From Candidatus Woesearchaeota archaeon (lineage in GTDB: Archaea; Nanobdellota; Nanobdellia; Woesearchaeales; GW2011-AR9): DNA of 64,000 nucleotides. The notes beneath the pieces were generated by a model. It was not told where the DNA came from and ran no database searches. It saw nothing but the letters and a program-made list of their open reading frames with translations. Both the position numbers and the translations under genes were made by a program. Positions 15,723 through 24,696 of the stretch are shown here, one piece after another (the stretch's first letter is position 1; each line of letters opens with the position of its first letter). The DNA lies in contig JABHQW010000008.1 of assembly GCA_018696595.1 (NCBI GenBank), forward strand, positions 268,522 to 332,521. Direction: 5' to 3'.

Positions 15723-18344
15723 CTATTCAATCTCAAATCGAAGTATAGCAGCAATGCCGCCTAAATCTCTAAGTTGTGCCCCTTCTCTAGTTTCTGTAGA
15801 AATAATCCTAACTTCTGCACCACCTGCTTGTGCCTTCTCTTCCAAATCAAAAATCTTATTTTCAGGAATACTCTCTGAAATTAGTAAAATGTCAACTGCG
15901 GCCATTTCTAAAGCTTTCAATGTTTCTTTCTCCCCATAAGTTGCTTTTTTGGGCGTATCTCTAAGAGTGCCTAAGAATTGTTGCATAATTTTTTTCTCGT
16001 GAGCAATTTCTTCTTCTGATAAAAGGTCTTCAGATTTTTCTAATAATTCTTGCAATCCAAAATCTCCGGTATACGATAAATCTTTAGTACCAATAATTTT
16101 TTTCTTTACATCTCCAGTAATATAATCTTTATTCATAAAATCGTTAATCGTAACACCGGGGCCACCAATAATAATGCCTTTCAAATCTTTTCCAAGAGGT
16201 AAGAATTGATCTTTCATATATTCTGCAATTTTTTTAAAATGATCTTTAGCAGCACCTTCTCTTAGACGAGCGAATCTTTGAGCAGAATTATGAACTATTA
16301 ATCCATTTGCTATGAAGTTTTGATTGCCAACAGAAATGTCAATCATTTCAGTTTCTTCATTTCTTTTTTCAATATTAGCAATCTTAACCGGCAAAATGGG
16401 GCTATTATAAACTTCTTCTAATTGTGTATATAATTTCTTATCTTTAACACAAGACAAGATAGAACTCTTAAATGTTTGTTTACTCATCATTCTCTCATTT
16501 CTAAAGAAGTTTGTTACTTTTGGAAATTGGTTTGTGTTGTAACCAGCGTTTTCAATTATCTTTCTGATTTTCGAACCAGAAGCAATAATTTGTCTGACAT
16601 TACTCTTATTTGATCTTAAATCAATACTCTTTTCTAATTTTTGTGATTTTTTATTACAAGTAAATCCAATTTGTTCTTTAAATAATTCTAAAGATTTCTT
16701 TTCTGTAATGTCAATTGTAAAGCGAGGATTATCACTTAGTGGATTTCTTCTATTGTCATATTCATGTAAAGAAGAAATGATTCCAAATCTTAACAAAGCC
16801 ATTTGTATTTGTTGTGCCAATATTTTGTTATTTATTCCAAATGCAGCCTGTTTTCTTTGAGAAACATAACCTTCTGCATCAAAAAATCCTTTCACAAAAC
16901 TTGCAAGAATTTTATTTGGAGAATTTAATATTTTTTCGGGAATTAAAGAATCTCTTGCTTTTTTTATTTCTGGAAATTCTGTTTGAATTAATCTAACTAA
17001 TGGTCTACTTGTAAATCTTAACTGGTGGTAATTCTTACTTTCTCTAAATTTATAACTACAATTCAGATCAAAGTGTTGATCAAACAATTCTTTATAATGT
17101 AAAGCAAGATCTTTACTTTGTTCAAAGAAAGTAATTCTATCTTTTTCTATACAACCATCACCCATTAGATAACCTAAAAATTGAGCGAGATTTGCTTCAA
17201 GAAGAACCGGCAATTTGATGTTTTTGTATAGTTCAGGAGTAGTATAGTTATTTAGGAAATCATAAAAATCAATTTCTAAGGCCGCACAAAGCTTTTGCAA
17301 AGGAATTCTTCCAATATTTCTTTTTCCTTTTTCGTAAGTTGATATTGCTGTTTGGGTAAGCCCAGTAAGTTTTGCAACATCTCTCTGAAATAAACTTTTT
17401 TCTTCTCGTTTTCTCTTGATTTGGTTTTGTCCTTCTTTATTTATTTTGAAAGAATTATAATATTGAACTGCTTTGATGGTTTGAAGTTTACCTTCTACTT
17501 CTATTTTTTCAGGCATAATTAGAAAATCTCCTTCTTGAAGTTCTTCAGCGGCTTTTTCTTTGATTCCATTCTCAGTTTTCACAAAGAAAATATGGTCTTT
17601 AGAAGATTCTACTTGTAGTCTTGGATATTTTGTTGTGATCTTGTAAACTTCATGTTTTTTGGCATTCCATTTATCTGTAATTGGTGAATCTTTAATTGAG
17701 TGACTTTCCATAACCATACTCTTGAGCACAATTGGGTTATGGGAATTTTCAATTTTTAAGATGTCTCCCTGAGTGGATTGAATTAATGTTCCTTTCATAC
17801 AACATTGTCCACCTGCTTTAGTTTTTCCAGGAACTTCCGAATGTGTTTTTTGCATTGGGACAATAGATTTTCCTTTCAACAGAGCAATGGTTGCATCCCT
17901 TCTATCCATAACAACAAGACCATAAACTTCTTTGTTAACCATCATTTCTTCTAATAAATCAGTTACAAAGTTTTTATCACAACGATAAATACGTGTGTTT
18001 AATTGGATTGGTGGTTCAATACTCCAAACTCGAACATCTTGTTTACCTTCTCCTGCGGCAACGTTTCCAGAAAAAACCGCAAAACCATTTTCTGGTGTGT
18101 TACCAATAGTTCTTAAATGTTGAATCATTTTTTCCAAAGCATTCTGGACATTCTTTCTAGTAGCAGCAGATTTAATGTTTGAAGCGGTTCCTTGCTCTTC
18201 TGCTAGATGTTGAATAATTTTTGTCATATCATAACCAGAAGGGATGTAAACTGTAACAAACTCTGTATGTGGAGCCTTATGGCTACGTAACTCACTTACT
18301 ATTTTTTTCAGTTTCAGTTTCTCTTGTGCGGTTATCGCTGCCAT
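15723..18344 (-). CDS. prf1: Peptide chain release factor aRF1 (eRF1 homolog) interrupted by an intein
   Basis: Exteins together are about 367 aa, with NIKS-like region and KTKAGGQ|SAQRFARLRE. The C-terminus GGIAAILRFEIE is eRF1-like. Confidence 0.9.
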   Translation of the reverse strand: MAAITAQEKLKLKKIVSELRSHKAPHTEFVTVYIPSGYDMTKIIQHLAEEQGTASNIKSAATRKNVQNALEKMIQHLRTIGNTPENGFAVFSGNVAAGEGKQDVRVWSIEPPIQLNTRIYRCDKNFVTDLLEEMMVNKEVYGLVVMDRRDATIALLKGKSIVPMQKTHSEVPGKTKAGGQCCMKGTLIQSTQGDILKIENSHNPIVLKSMVMESHSIKDSPITDKWNAKKHEVYKITTKYPRLQVESSKDHIFFVKTENGIKEKAAEELQEGDFLIMPEKIEVEGKLQTIKAVQYYNSFKINKEGQNQIKRKREEKSLFQRDVAKLTGLTQTAISTYEKGKRNIGRIPLQKLCAALEIDFYDFLNNYTTPELYKNIKLPVLLEANLAQFLGYLMGDGCIEKDRITFFEQSKDLALHYKELFDQHFDLNCSYKFRESKNYHQLRFTSRPLVRLIQTEFPEIKKARDSLIPEKILNSPNKILASFVKGFFDAEGYVSQRKQAAFGINNKILAQQIQMALLRFGIISSLHEYDNRRNPLSDNPRFTIDITEKKSLELFKEQIGFTCNKKSQKLEKSIDLRSNKSNVRQIIASGSKIRKIIENAGYNTNQFPKVTNFFRNERMMSKQTFKSSILSCVKDKKLYTQLEEVYNSPILPVKIANIEKRNEETEMIDISVGNQNFIANGLIVHNSAQRFARLREGAAKDHFKKIAEYMKDQFLPLGKDLKGIIIGGPGVTINDFMNKDYITGDVKKKIIGTKDLSYTGDFGLQELLEKSEDLLSEEEIAHEKKIMQQFLGTLRDTPKKATYGEKETLKALEMAAVDILLISESIPENKIFDLEEKAQAGGAEVRIISTETREGAQLRDLGGIAAILRFEIE
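16287..17804 (-). mobile_element. Intein (506 aa) inserted between GGQ and S of aRF1. Contains a LAGLIDADG homing endonuclease and an XRE-type HTH.
   Basis: Starts with Cys directly after GGQ. Ends ...NQNFIANGLIVHN followed by the Ser +1 residue. LAGLIDADG motifs LGYLMGDG and GFFDAEG. HTH LFQRDVAKLTGLTQTAISTYEKG. Confidence 0.85.
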
Positions 18345-18368
18345 GTTTATGTTAGAAATGGAGTGTGT

Positions 18369-18845
18369 TTATAAGAATTTTGCAATCTTTTTAATTAACT
18401 CTCCCTTGCCAAACCTTTTACCAGTATCAATCGTAATAATCTTGTGTTTTCTTTCTTTAGATTCATTTAAACAGATTTGAAAAATCTCTGCATCTAAGTT
18501 CTCACGAACCTTTTTCTTAGAATATTTTCTGTCTTGCAATCTTTTCTCAAGTTTTTTCAAATCAGAACAAGTTAAAACAATACATAAATCTACTTTCTTC
18601 AACAAATGAGAAATGTGAGAATCAACAATAAGATTCTCTCCTTTAGACTTCTCTTTAACTAACTTCTCCAACTTTTTCAAATCAATGTCATAACATTGTT
18701 TACTTCTATCGTAACCAGTAGAAATTTGTTTGTAATAATGGTGTAAGTCTAATCTAGCAAATTTTAACTTTTTCTCTAAGTATTTCGTAAGTGTGGATTT
18801 GCCAGTACCAGGCGTTCCAGTGATTGCAATAACTTTCATAGACAT
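18369..18845 (-). CDS. P-loop kinase, putative adenylate kinase of the Fap7/AK6-like type
   Basis: MKVIAITGTPGTGKSTLTKYL Walker A. Size of 158 aa is typical of archaeal AK6/Fap7. Confidence 0.5.
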   Translation of the reverse strand: MSMKVIAITGTPGTGKSTLTKYLEKKLKFARLDLHHYYKQISTGYDRSKQCYDIDLKKLEKLVKEKSKGENLIVDSHISHLLKKVDLCIVLTCSDLKKLEKRLQDRKYSKKKVRENLDAEIFQICLNESKERKHKIITIDTGKRFGKGELIKKIAKFL

Positions 18846-18879
18846 AATAAAACTAAAGAAGAATATAAATGTTTAGTTA

Positions 18880-20598
18880 TCAAGCATCTTTCTTATTCTT
18901 TTTATCTTTCTGTACATGAGCTCGATGATGGTGCCTCATAAAGCGGTTAACCAAATGCTTATGCAAGATTGATTCCACAATCATGATAACAATAAATAGA
19001 ACTAAAGCATATCCAATTAAGATTACTAAATCTAACCAAACATCTCCTAAAGAACCATGAAAGATAAATACTTCTCTAACTAATTTTTCACCAATTACAA
19101 ACGGATTAAAATAAGTTATTTGTCTTAACCAAGAAGCAATTCCTTCTAACGGAAAAATTGTTCCTGAGAAGAATAATAAAATACTTCCTAAAGAGATTGA
19201 TGCAAGCACAGCAGTTTCTTCAGAGTTAAAGATATAACCAATAACCATGCCTAAGAATGTAAACACAGATGCTACAATGAACAAGACTAATGCCACTGCT
19301 GGTAAGTCTGGCCAAGAATCTTTTAAGAAAATCATTGAAATGCCTAAAATAACGACTATTTGAACAAGAATCAAAACTAAGTTTGTTAAGTATGTTGAAA
19401 TCACAAAAGTTGCTTTCTTAATTGGTAAGAAAAAGTTACGTAAAAATGCTGGACTAGTTTTTTCCATCATTACTAATGTTGTTCCTAATAACAAAGAACT
19501 AAACATAAGTACTAAAATTAAGATTGAGGGGAATAAGTAACCTAAGAATGTGTTGTCTTCACTTACTTTTTCAATTTTAGTTGTTAAGGGATTAGTAATT
19601 GTATTTGCGTCAGTAATCTTCTGTCCTTCAATTGTGTTAATGACCTCATTTAATCCCGCTTGTACGCTATCAATTGTTGTTGCACTTTCACTTAATGCAC
19701 TTGTAACAGAAGCTAAATTAGAGTTTGTACTGTCTACTGCAGAGGCAGCAGCAGTTAATTTTTCTTTTGCAGCAGTTAAGTCTGCTTGCATAGCAGTAAC
19801 CATAGCACCAATTCCTACACTATCACTTACATTTGATCCAGACAATTCGTCCAAAGCATCTTGTAATGGTTTCTTGATTGCAGTTTTACTTGAAGTGATG
19901 TTAGCATTATCTACCGCAGTAATTGCTTTTTCAATTTTAGTGACTGCTGTACTAAGACTGGTACTAATTCCTGCAATTGCAGTTGTATCATACACTCCTA
20001 CCGGGGCATTTAAATCTAAACCAGACAAACTAGATTTTGCAGCTGCTGCTGTTGAAGATGCAGAAGATGTTTTTTCTTTCAAAGCATCAACTTCAGTTTT
20101 CTTAGCAGCAATTGTGTTTTTAGTACTTGTAATTCTTGTAAGAACATCTTGAGTAAGTTCTTGAGAGATTTCTTGTGCTTTAATGTTAAATTTACTTTTT
20201 ACTGTTTCCTGAATCATCCACACTAAATTAACTTTACTTGGATCAATATGGAACGTAACTTCTTTTTGTTCATTTCCAGTTGGCTGTAAGCTTTCAGGAA
20301 GAGAAATACATGTATGGAGTGTACCTTTTTTAACATCATCAATACAATTTTCTAATGAAGACTCATACTTACTAATGCTAAACTCTTCTTCTTGTAACAC
20401 TGCGATAAATGAATTTACATCTTCAGTATAAGAGGGGGCATAAATTCCAATGTTTAATCCATATTGTTCAGAAGTGTTGTAAGATAATCCTAATAATAAA
20501 ATAATAATCAGTGGAGCAAAAATAATAATCAGGGCTGACGCTTTAGATCGGACTAATAGTTTAATATTCTTTTTAGTCAATAACCATAACGATCTCAT
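18880..20598 (-). CDS. ABC-2 type transporter permease with a large extracytoplasmic domain (YhgE/Pip-like architecture)
   Basis: N-terminal TM, a 330-aa S/T/A-rich extracellular region, then 5 C-terminal TM helices. Adjacent to the ABC ATPase gene. Confidence 0.65.
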   Translation of the reverse strand: MRSLWLLTKKNIKLLVRSKASALIIIFAPLIIILLLGLSYNTSEQYGLNIGIYAPSYTEDVNSFIAVLQEEEFSISKYESSLENCIDDVKKGTLHTCISLPESLQPTGNEQKEVTFHIDPSKVNLVWMIQETVKSKFNIKAQEISQELTQDVLTRITSTKNTIAAKKTEVDALKEKTSSASSTAAAAKSSLSGLDLNAPVGVYDTTAIAGISTSLSTAVTKIEKAITAVDNANITSSKTAIKKPLQDALDELSGSNVSDSVGIGAMVTAMQADLTAAKEKLTAAASAVDSTNSNLASVTSALSESATTIDSVQAGLNEVINTIEGQKITDANTITNPLTTKIEKVSEDNTFLGYLFPSILILVLMFSSLLLGTTLVMMEKTSPAFLRNFFLPIKKATFVISTYLTNLVLILVQIVVILGISMIFLKDSWPDLPAVALVLFIVASVFTFLGMVIGYIFNSEETAVLASISLGSILLFFSGTIFPLEGIASWLRQITYFNPFVIGEKLVREVFIFHGSLGDVWLDLVILIGYALVLFIVIMIVESILHKHLVNRFMRHHHRAHVQKDKKNKKDA

Positions 20599-20638
20599 AG
20601 TGCCTACCTCTTTTTTTAAATGAAATTAATTGGGAATT

Positions 20639-21598
20639 TTATTCTCCAATTACATCTTCTTCTTGAGCAATTTTTTCAAATACTTCATGCAAAGATGGTT
20701 TACGTAAATCTAAATCATGTAAATTTAAATTGTCTTCTTTAATCACGCTCATTAAACTATCCATAGTTTTTCCTAAAGTTTCTGGATAAATTACTAAACT
20801 ATGTCCCTTATCAACAATTTTCTTGAAGTGAAGGTCTTTAATTTTTTCTAAAAGTTGTTCTTTTTCTTTTCCAGACTGAACGTTAATAGTAAGGTGATCT
20901 TTTAGATAAGGTTTTTTAACATCTTCAATCAGGCCGTGACTATGAACTTTTCCTTTGTGGACAATCGCGACTTTGTTACAAATTTTCTCAATGTTTCCTA
21001 AATTATGAGATGCAATAACAATTGTAACTCCTTGTCGGCTAACTTCATCAAGAAGACGAAGAATTTCTTTTTGTAAGATCGGATCTAAATCTGCAGTTGG
21101 CTCATCTAAAACTAACAATTTTGGTTTATGAACTAAACTACAAGAAATATCTAGTCGTTTTTGCATTCCTCCGGAAAGATGTTCTGCTAATTTCTTCTTG
21201 TGATGACTTAACTTAGTGAACTCTAATAAATTATTAATGTTATGTTCCAATGTTTTTTTATCAATTTTGTAAAGTTTCCCGAAATGGATTAAGTTTTCTT
21301 TAACTGTTAATTTTGGATAAAAAGAATTGTGTTGCGGTGTAAAACCAAAATGCCTTTTAATTCTATGCAAATTGTCATTCAGATCTTTTTCTTTTCCTTC
21401 CACTTTAGAAAAATAAACCACTTCACCTTTACTGGGTTCAATGAAACCAATAATAAGATTTAATAATGTTGTTTTTCCACTTCCGGATTGGCCAATAACT
21501 CCTAGAACATCTCCCGCTTCTAAAGTTAGATTTACATCTCTGAGAATATTTTTCTTCTTGTACTGCTTGGTCACCCCTTTTAATCTTATTAATTCCAC
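20639..21598 (-). CDS. ABC transporter ATP-binding protein
   Basis: Walker A GQSGSGKTT. Signature LSGGMQKRL. Walker B LLVLDEPT. H-loop. Confidence 0.9.
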   Translation of the reverse strand: MELIRLKGVTKQYKKKNILRDVNLTLEAGDVLGVIGQSGSGKTTLLNLIIGFIEPSKGEVVYFSKVEGKEKDLNDNLHRIKRHFGFTPQHNSFYPKLTVKENLIHFGKLYKIDKKTLEHNINNLLEFTKLSHHKKKLAEHLSGGMQKRLDISCSLVHKPKLLVLDEPTADLDPILQKEILRLLDEVSRQGVTIVIASHNLGNIEKICNKVAIVHKGKVHSHGLIEDVKKPYLKDHLTINVQSGKEKEQLLEKIKDLHFKKIVDKGHSLVIYPETLGKTMDSLMSVIKEDNLNLHDLDLRKPSLHEVFEKIAQEEDVIGE

Positions 21599-21663
21599 AG
21601 CATAAAAGAATAATTATTAGTATATAAATGTTTTCTTCAATTAAACTTACTTAATCGTATCCA

Positions 21664-21942
21664 CTAAACTTTATGTTCTTTTCTTAGTGCATGGATATAA
21701 GCAATCTGGTGCGCTTTTAATTTTATTAGAACTTTGTTATGTTTTTTCATTAAACTATGGATGTCTTCTGTGGTTTTAGTATGTTTCTTCTTATGTTTGG
21801 AACGAGCACCTTCTGTTTCTGCTTTAGTATGTTTATCAACATGTTTTTTTGCTTTCTTACTTAAACGTTTAATTCTTTTATTTAAAACAAGCAATTCTTT
21901 AGAATGAACATACAAATAACCCGCTTCATTAACTAAACCCAT
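21664..21942 (-). CDS. Small basic K/H-rich hypothetical protein
   Basis: ORF only. Confidence 0.3.
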   Translation of the reverse strand: MGLVNEAGYLYVHSKELLVLNKRIKRLSKKAKKHVDKHTKAETEGARSKHKKKHTKTTEDIHSLMKKHNKVLIKLKAHQIAYIHALRKEHKV

Positions 21943-22003
21943 ACAGAAAGAATTCTTTTAATGTTTATAAATTTAATTATAGTTACAATATTTTACCATT
22001 TAC

Positions 22004-22699
22004 TTACTTTTTAATAATGATCATACAGTGATCTTTCTCCAGCGGGTCAAGAGTTTTGTAATCAATAACCGTAAATATTTTGTCAAGCGCTGTTCGAATC
22101 TTAACAAAAATGTCTTCTGGTCTTCTTTTAACGTCAATACTTCTGGCTTTTACTGCTAACAAACCATAACCGCCTTTTTTCAAATACATGTTACAATTTC
22201 TTACAAAAATGTCCATTTGATTCTTCTGAGCAATATCTTGGTAAACAATATCTGCTTGACAAACTCTTTCAATATATTCTTCTGGGTGGTTTGCGTCTGC
22301 TAAAACTGGAATTAAGTTTTTTCTTTGTTCTGCCAAGAAAACAAAATCTCTCATTACTCTCGGAGCAGGATCAACTCCAAAGATTAATCCTTCTTCTCCA
22401 ACAATATCAGAAACAAAACTAGGTGTGTAACCATGGGAACTTCCTAAATATAAAACCACATCATTCTTTCTGATTCCAATGTTAGTGCAACCTTTCATAA
22501 TCATTGCTGCTAACTTACTTCTTTGTGGATCAAACTCTCTGTACTCATCTTTTCCATCTCTTGAAGTTCTTTCTTCGAAATGTGTTTTTCTAGGAAGAAT
22601 AGATTTAGTGAAGATTCTTTTACCTCGAGCTTCCTGATAAATTTCAAATAGTTTATGTTCTTTTATTCTTCTACTCATTTTTATTATAATGCTCCTCAA
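22004..22699 (-). CDS. flpA: Fibrillarin-like rRNA/tRNA 2'-O-methyltransferase
   Basis: KHKLFEIY, EYREFDPQRSKLAA, VLYLGSSHGYTPSFVSDIVGEEG, IPVLADANHP. These are classic fibrillarin blocks. Confidence 0.9.
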   Translation of the reverse strand: MRSIIIKMSRRIKEHKLFEIYQEARGKRIFTKSILPRKTHFEERTSRDGKDEYREFDPQRSKLAAMIMKGCTNIGIRKNDVVLYLGSSHGYTPSFVSDIVGEEGLIFGVDPAPRVMRDFVFLAEQRKNLIPVLADANHPEEYIERVCQADIVYQDIAQKNQMDIFVRNCNMYLKKGGYGLLAVKARSIDVKRRPEDIFVKIRTALDKIFTVIDYKTLDPLEKDHCMIIIKK

Positions 22700-23186
22700 C
22701 TTCTAAATAGCCCCAACCAATTGTTTGTTCCATTGTAAACCCAAGCTTTTCAACATATTCTTTAACTTCTTCTGCGGTTGGTGCTTCAATTTCTAAAAAG
22801 TGTGGGATCTTTTTCCAATTATCAATTTCAAACCGAACTTTTCCAATCGTATAAGATTCTCTGTGTTTTTTACCTTCATGAATTTTTTTCAATCCGCTTC
22901 TTTCTAATATTTCAATAGTATCTGCAAAATTGCTTGTATTAACTTCTATCTCTTCTCTCGACTTGAATACTGAACCTCTATTTGGGCCTTTAAAACAAAG
23001 TTCAACAGTTTCTCCTACCTTTCTTACTCGGATAAAACTGTCTTTCTGATATAATCTCATGTCTGGATGATCGAAAGCAAGTGCATGTATTTCTCCATCA
23101 AAAACTTTCTCTGCCCCTAAATCTAATAGTTTCTTTCTGATCTCTTCAAGATCAATGTCCAAGATTTTCACTTCAATTTCTTTCAT
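22671..23186 (-). CDS. CYTH-domain protein (class IV adenylyl cyclase/triphosphatase fold)
   Basis: N-terminal EIEVKILDID (ExExK motif). 171 aa. Acidic residues alternate on beta strands. Confidence 0.65.
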   Translation of the reverse strand: MKEIEVKILDIDLEEIRKKLLDLGAEKVFDGEIHALAFDHPDMRLYQKDSFIRVRKVGETVELCFKGPNRGSVFKSREEIEVNTSNFADTIEILERSGLKKIHEGKKHRESYTIGKVRFEIDNWKKIPHFLEIEAPTAEEVKEYVEKLGFTMEQTIGWGYLEVEEHYNKNE

Positions 23187-23188
23187 TT

Positions 23189-24073
23189 TTACAACTTAAC
23201 ATCTAACTTTTTTTCTAATTCTTTACGATATTCTTTAGCTTTAAACTCACCTTTAAAGAAGTCTAAGCGAGTACATAACGATAATTTGTCAGCAAGCATT
23301 CTAGCAGCTCTACCTTTTTTTCTTCGTTCAGATCTTTGAATTAATGGGTGGTTTATGATTACTCCATATTTGGGACTTCGAGAACCTGTTTTAATATGTC
23401 TGAATAAAGCTTTCTCTGCTCCCAATAATTGAATTGTGGATGAGGGTAAAAGAGCTAAACGTTTTAAACTTCGGCCAAGTTCAATCAATTTAGCGCCAAT
23501 AGTTGCGCCCGCTAATTCTAATAAGTTTGGACAAAACTTTTTCATTACTCCTTCCAAATAAGTTTCATGTTTCTTACGTAATCCTTGTAATTCACGAATC
23601 TGTTTAGCTAATATTAACATTTCATTAACATCTTCTTTTTTTAGGTCTGCACCCATAGTTTCTTTCAACTTTAATTCTTTCATCAAATCTTCCTTACTCT
23701 CACTAATAACCATCTCAACAAACTTTTCTTGGTTGTTCATAACATTTTCAAACTCTGGTAAATATAAAGAGAACCACTCACGAAGCCTTTTAATTAGTAT
23801 ATTATTTACTTTATCTAATTCGTTAACGTTAGCAATTGCTTGGATAATTAACATATCTTCTGATACAGAAGCTTTGATTCCTTTCTTAGTCAATGCTAAA
23901 TTTTTCTCATAAAACTGAGTATAGTTTTCTCTATCTTTGAATTTTGACAGGACTTCATTTACTTTATTTTTAGGCAATTGTTCAAGTTTCTCACTAGATT
24001 TAGCTTTTTCAATGCTCTTACTTTTAACATCGTAAACAAACTTCCCTAATATATTAGTAAAGGAATATCTCAT
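23189..24073 (-). CDS. nop5: Nop5 (Nop56/58) C/D box RNP protein, short form
   Basis: Nop domain GAKLIELGRSLKRLALLPSSTIQLLGAEKALFRHIKTGSRSPKYGVIINHP. At 294 aa it has a reduced N-terminus and coiled-coil. Confidence 0.8.
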   Translation of the reverse strand: MRYSFTNILGKFVYDVKSKSIEKAKSSEKLEQLPKNKVNEVLSKFKDRENYTQFYEKNLALTKKGIKASVSEDMLIIQAIANVNELDKVNNILIKRLREWFSLYLPEFENVMNNQEKFVEMVISESKEDLMKELKLKETMGADLKKEDVNEMLILAKQIRELQGLRKKHETYLEGVMKKFCPNLLELAGATIGAKLIELGRSLKRLALLPSSTIQLLGAEKALFRHIKTGSRSPKYGVIINHPLIQRSERRKKGRAARMLADKLSLCTRLDFFKGEFKAKEYRKELEKKLDVKL

Positions 24074-24124
24074 GGAAACTCTACAGAAACGTAAGCTATA
24101 TAAACTTTCGCTTAAAAAGTATGA

Positions 24125-24208
24125 GTTTAGTTAGCTTTGCCAATGGAGGCACATTTTTTTCCATTGTTTGAAAAAAATAATCGTGCCGTGCAAGCTTAAC
24201 TAAACACA
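24125..24208 (+). ncRNA. Candidate structured element B, a hairpin with an ACA trinucleotide immediately 3' of the lower stem (H/ACA-like geometry). It shares the core motif with element A in inverted orientation.
   Basis: Lower stem GTTTAGTTAGCTTTGC/GCAAGCTTAACTAAAC, followed by ACA. Core CCAATGGAGGCACATTTT...GTGCCGTGC. Confidence 0.3.
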
Positions 24209-24232
24209 TTCCTTAAAATCGAGGGTTTTATA

Positions 24233-24514
24233 ATGCATTTAGATAAAGTTGTTGATGGTCTGAAGAGAGGAGGCAAATTAGTTTGCCATCGTTGTAACGT
24301 TGAGTTAGATCAAGAAAAGTGGACTTCTGAATGGGATTCTAGTAATCCTAACCACCATTACAAATCTGCAATATGTGAATGTGGTAAAAAGAATTGGGTC
24401 CAAGTAGATTTTCATGGTTCTGGACATGATCGGCATTTACAAGACCCAGATAAAGTAATTGAATCTGCAATTAAGAAAGTCGCAGATGATCTGCCTAAGA
24501 CACTTGGGAAATGA
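24233..24514 (+). CDS. Small Cys-rich (zinc-ribbon-like) hypothetical protein
   Basis: CHRC...CECGKKNW pairs of cysteines. 93 aa. Confidence 0.4.
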   Translation: MHLDKVVDGLKRGGKLVCHRCNVELDQEKWTSEWDSSNPNHHYKSAICECGKKNWVQVDFHGSGHDRHLQDPDKVIESAIKKVADDLPKTLGK

Positions 24515-24533
24515 AGCTTCTAATGCCGAAACC

Positions 24534-24541
24534 TTTATAAA
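24534..24541 (+). promoter_or_regulatory. Putative TATA box (CTTTATAAAC) about 155 nt upstream of rpl3
   Basis: An identical 10-mer CTTTATAAAC is also found upstream of rpl34e at 41268. Confidence 0.4.
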
Positions 24542-24696
24542 CAAACTCGTTCCCAAGAGAGAAACACGATTATAATCAAACTACTTTCCTGAGAAAGTAA
24601 GTGATTATAGTTATGATTAGCCTGAAAAGGTGACCAACACCGAATACCGTTCTTTGTTGGAAACCAGTTAAAGGCAATTTAGGAAGTATAAACAAT

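Noticed and set aside
24585-24632. Possible C/D box sRNA in the rpl3 leader (CTGA..GTGATTAT..ATGATTAG..CTGA)
   Set aside because: Box order and spacing do not fit the C-guide-D'-C'-guide-D architecture. The two UGAU motifs are only 4 nt apart and there is no terminal stem.
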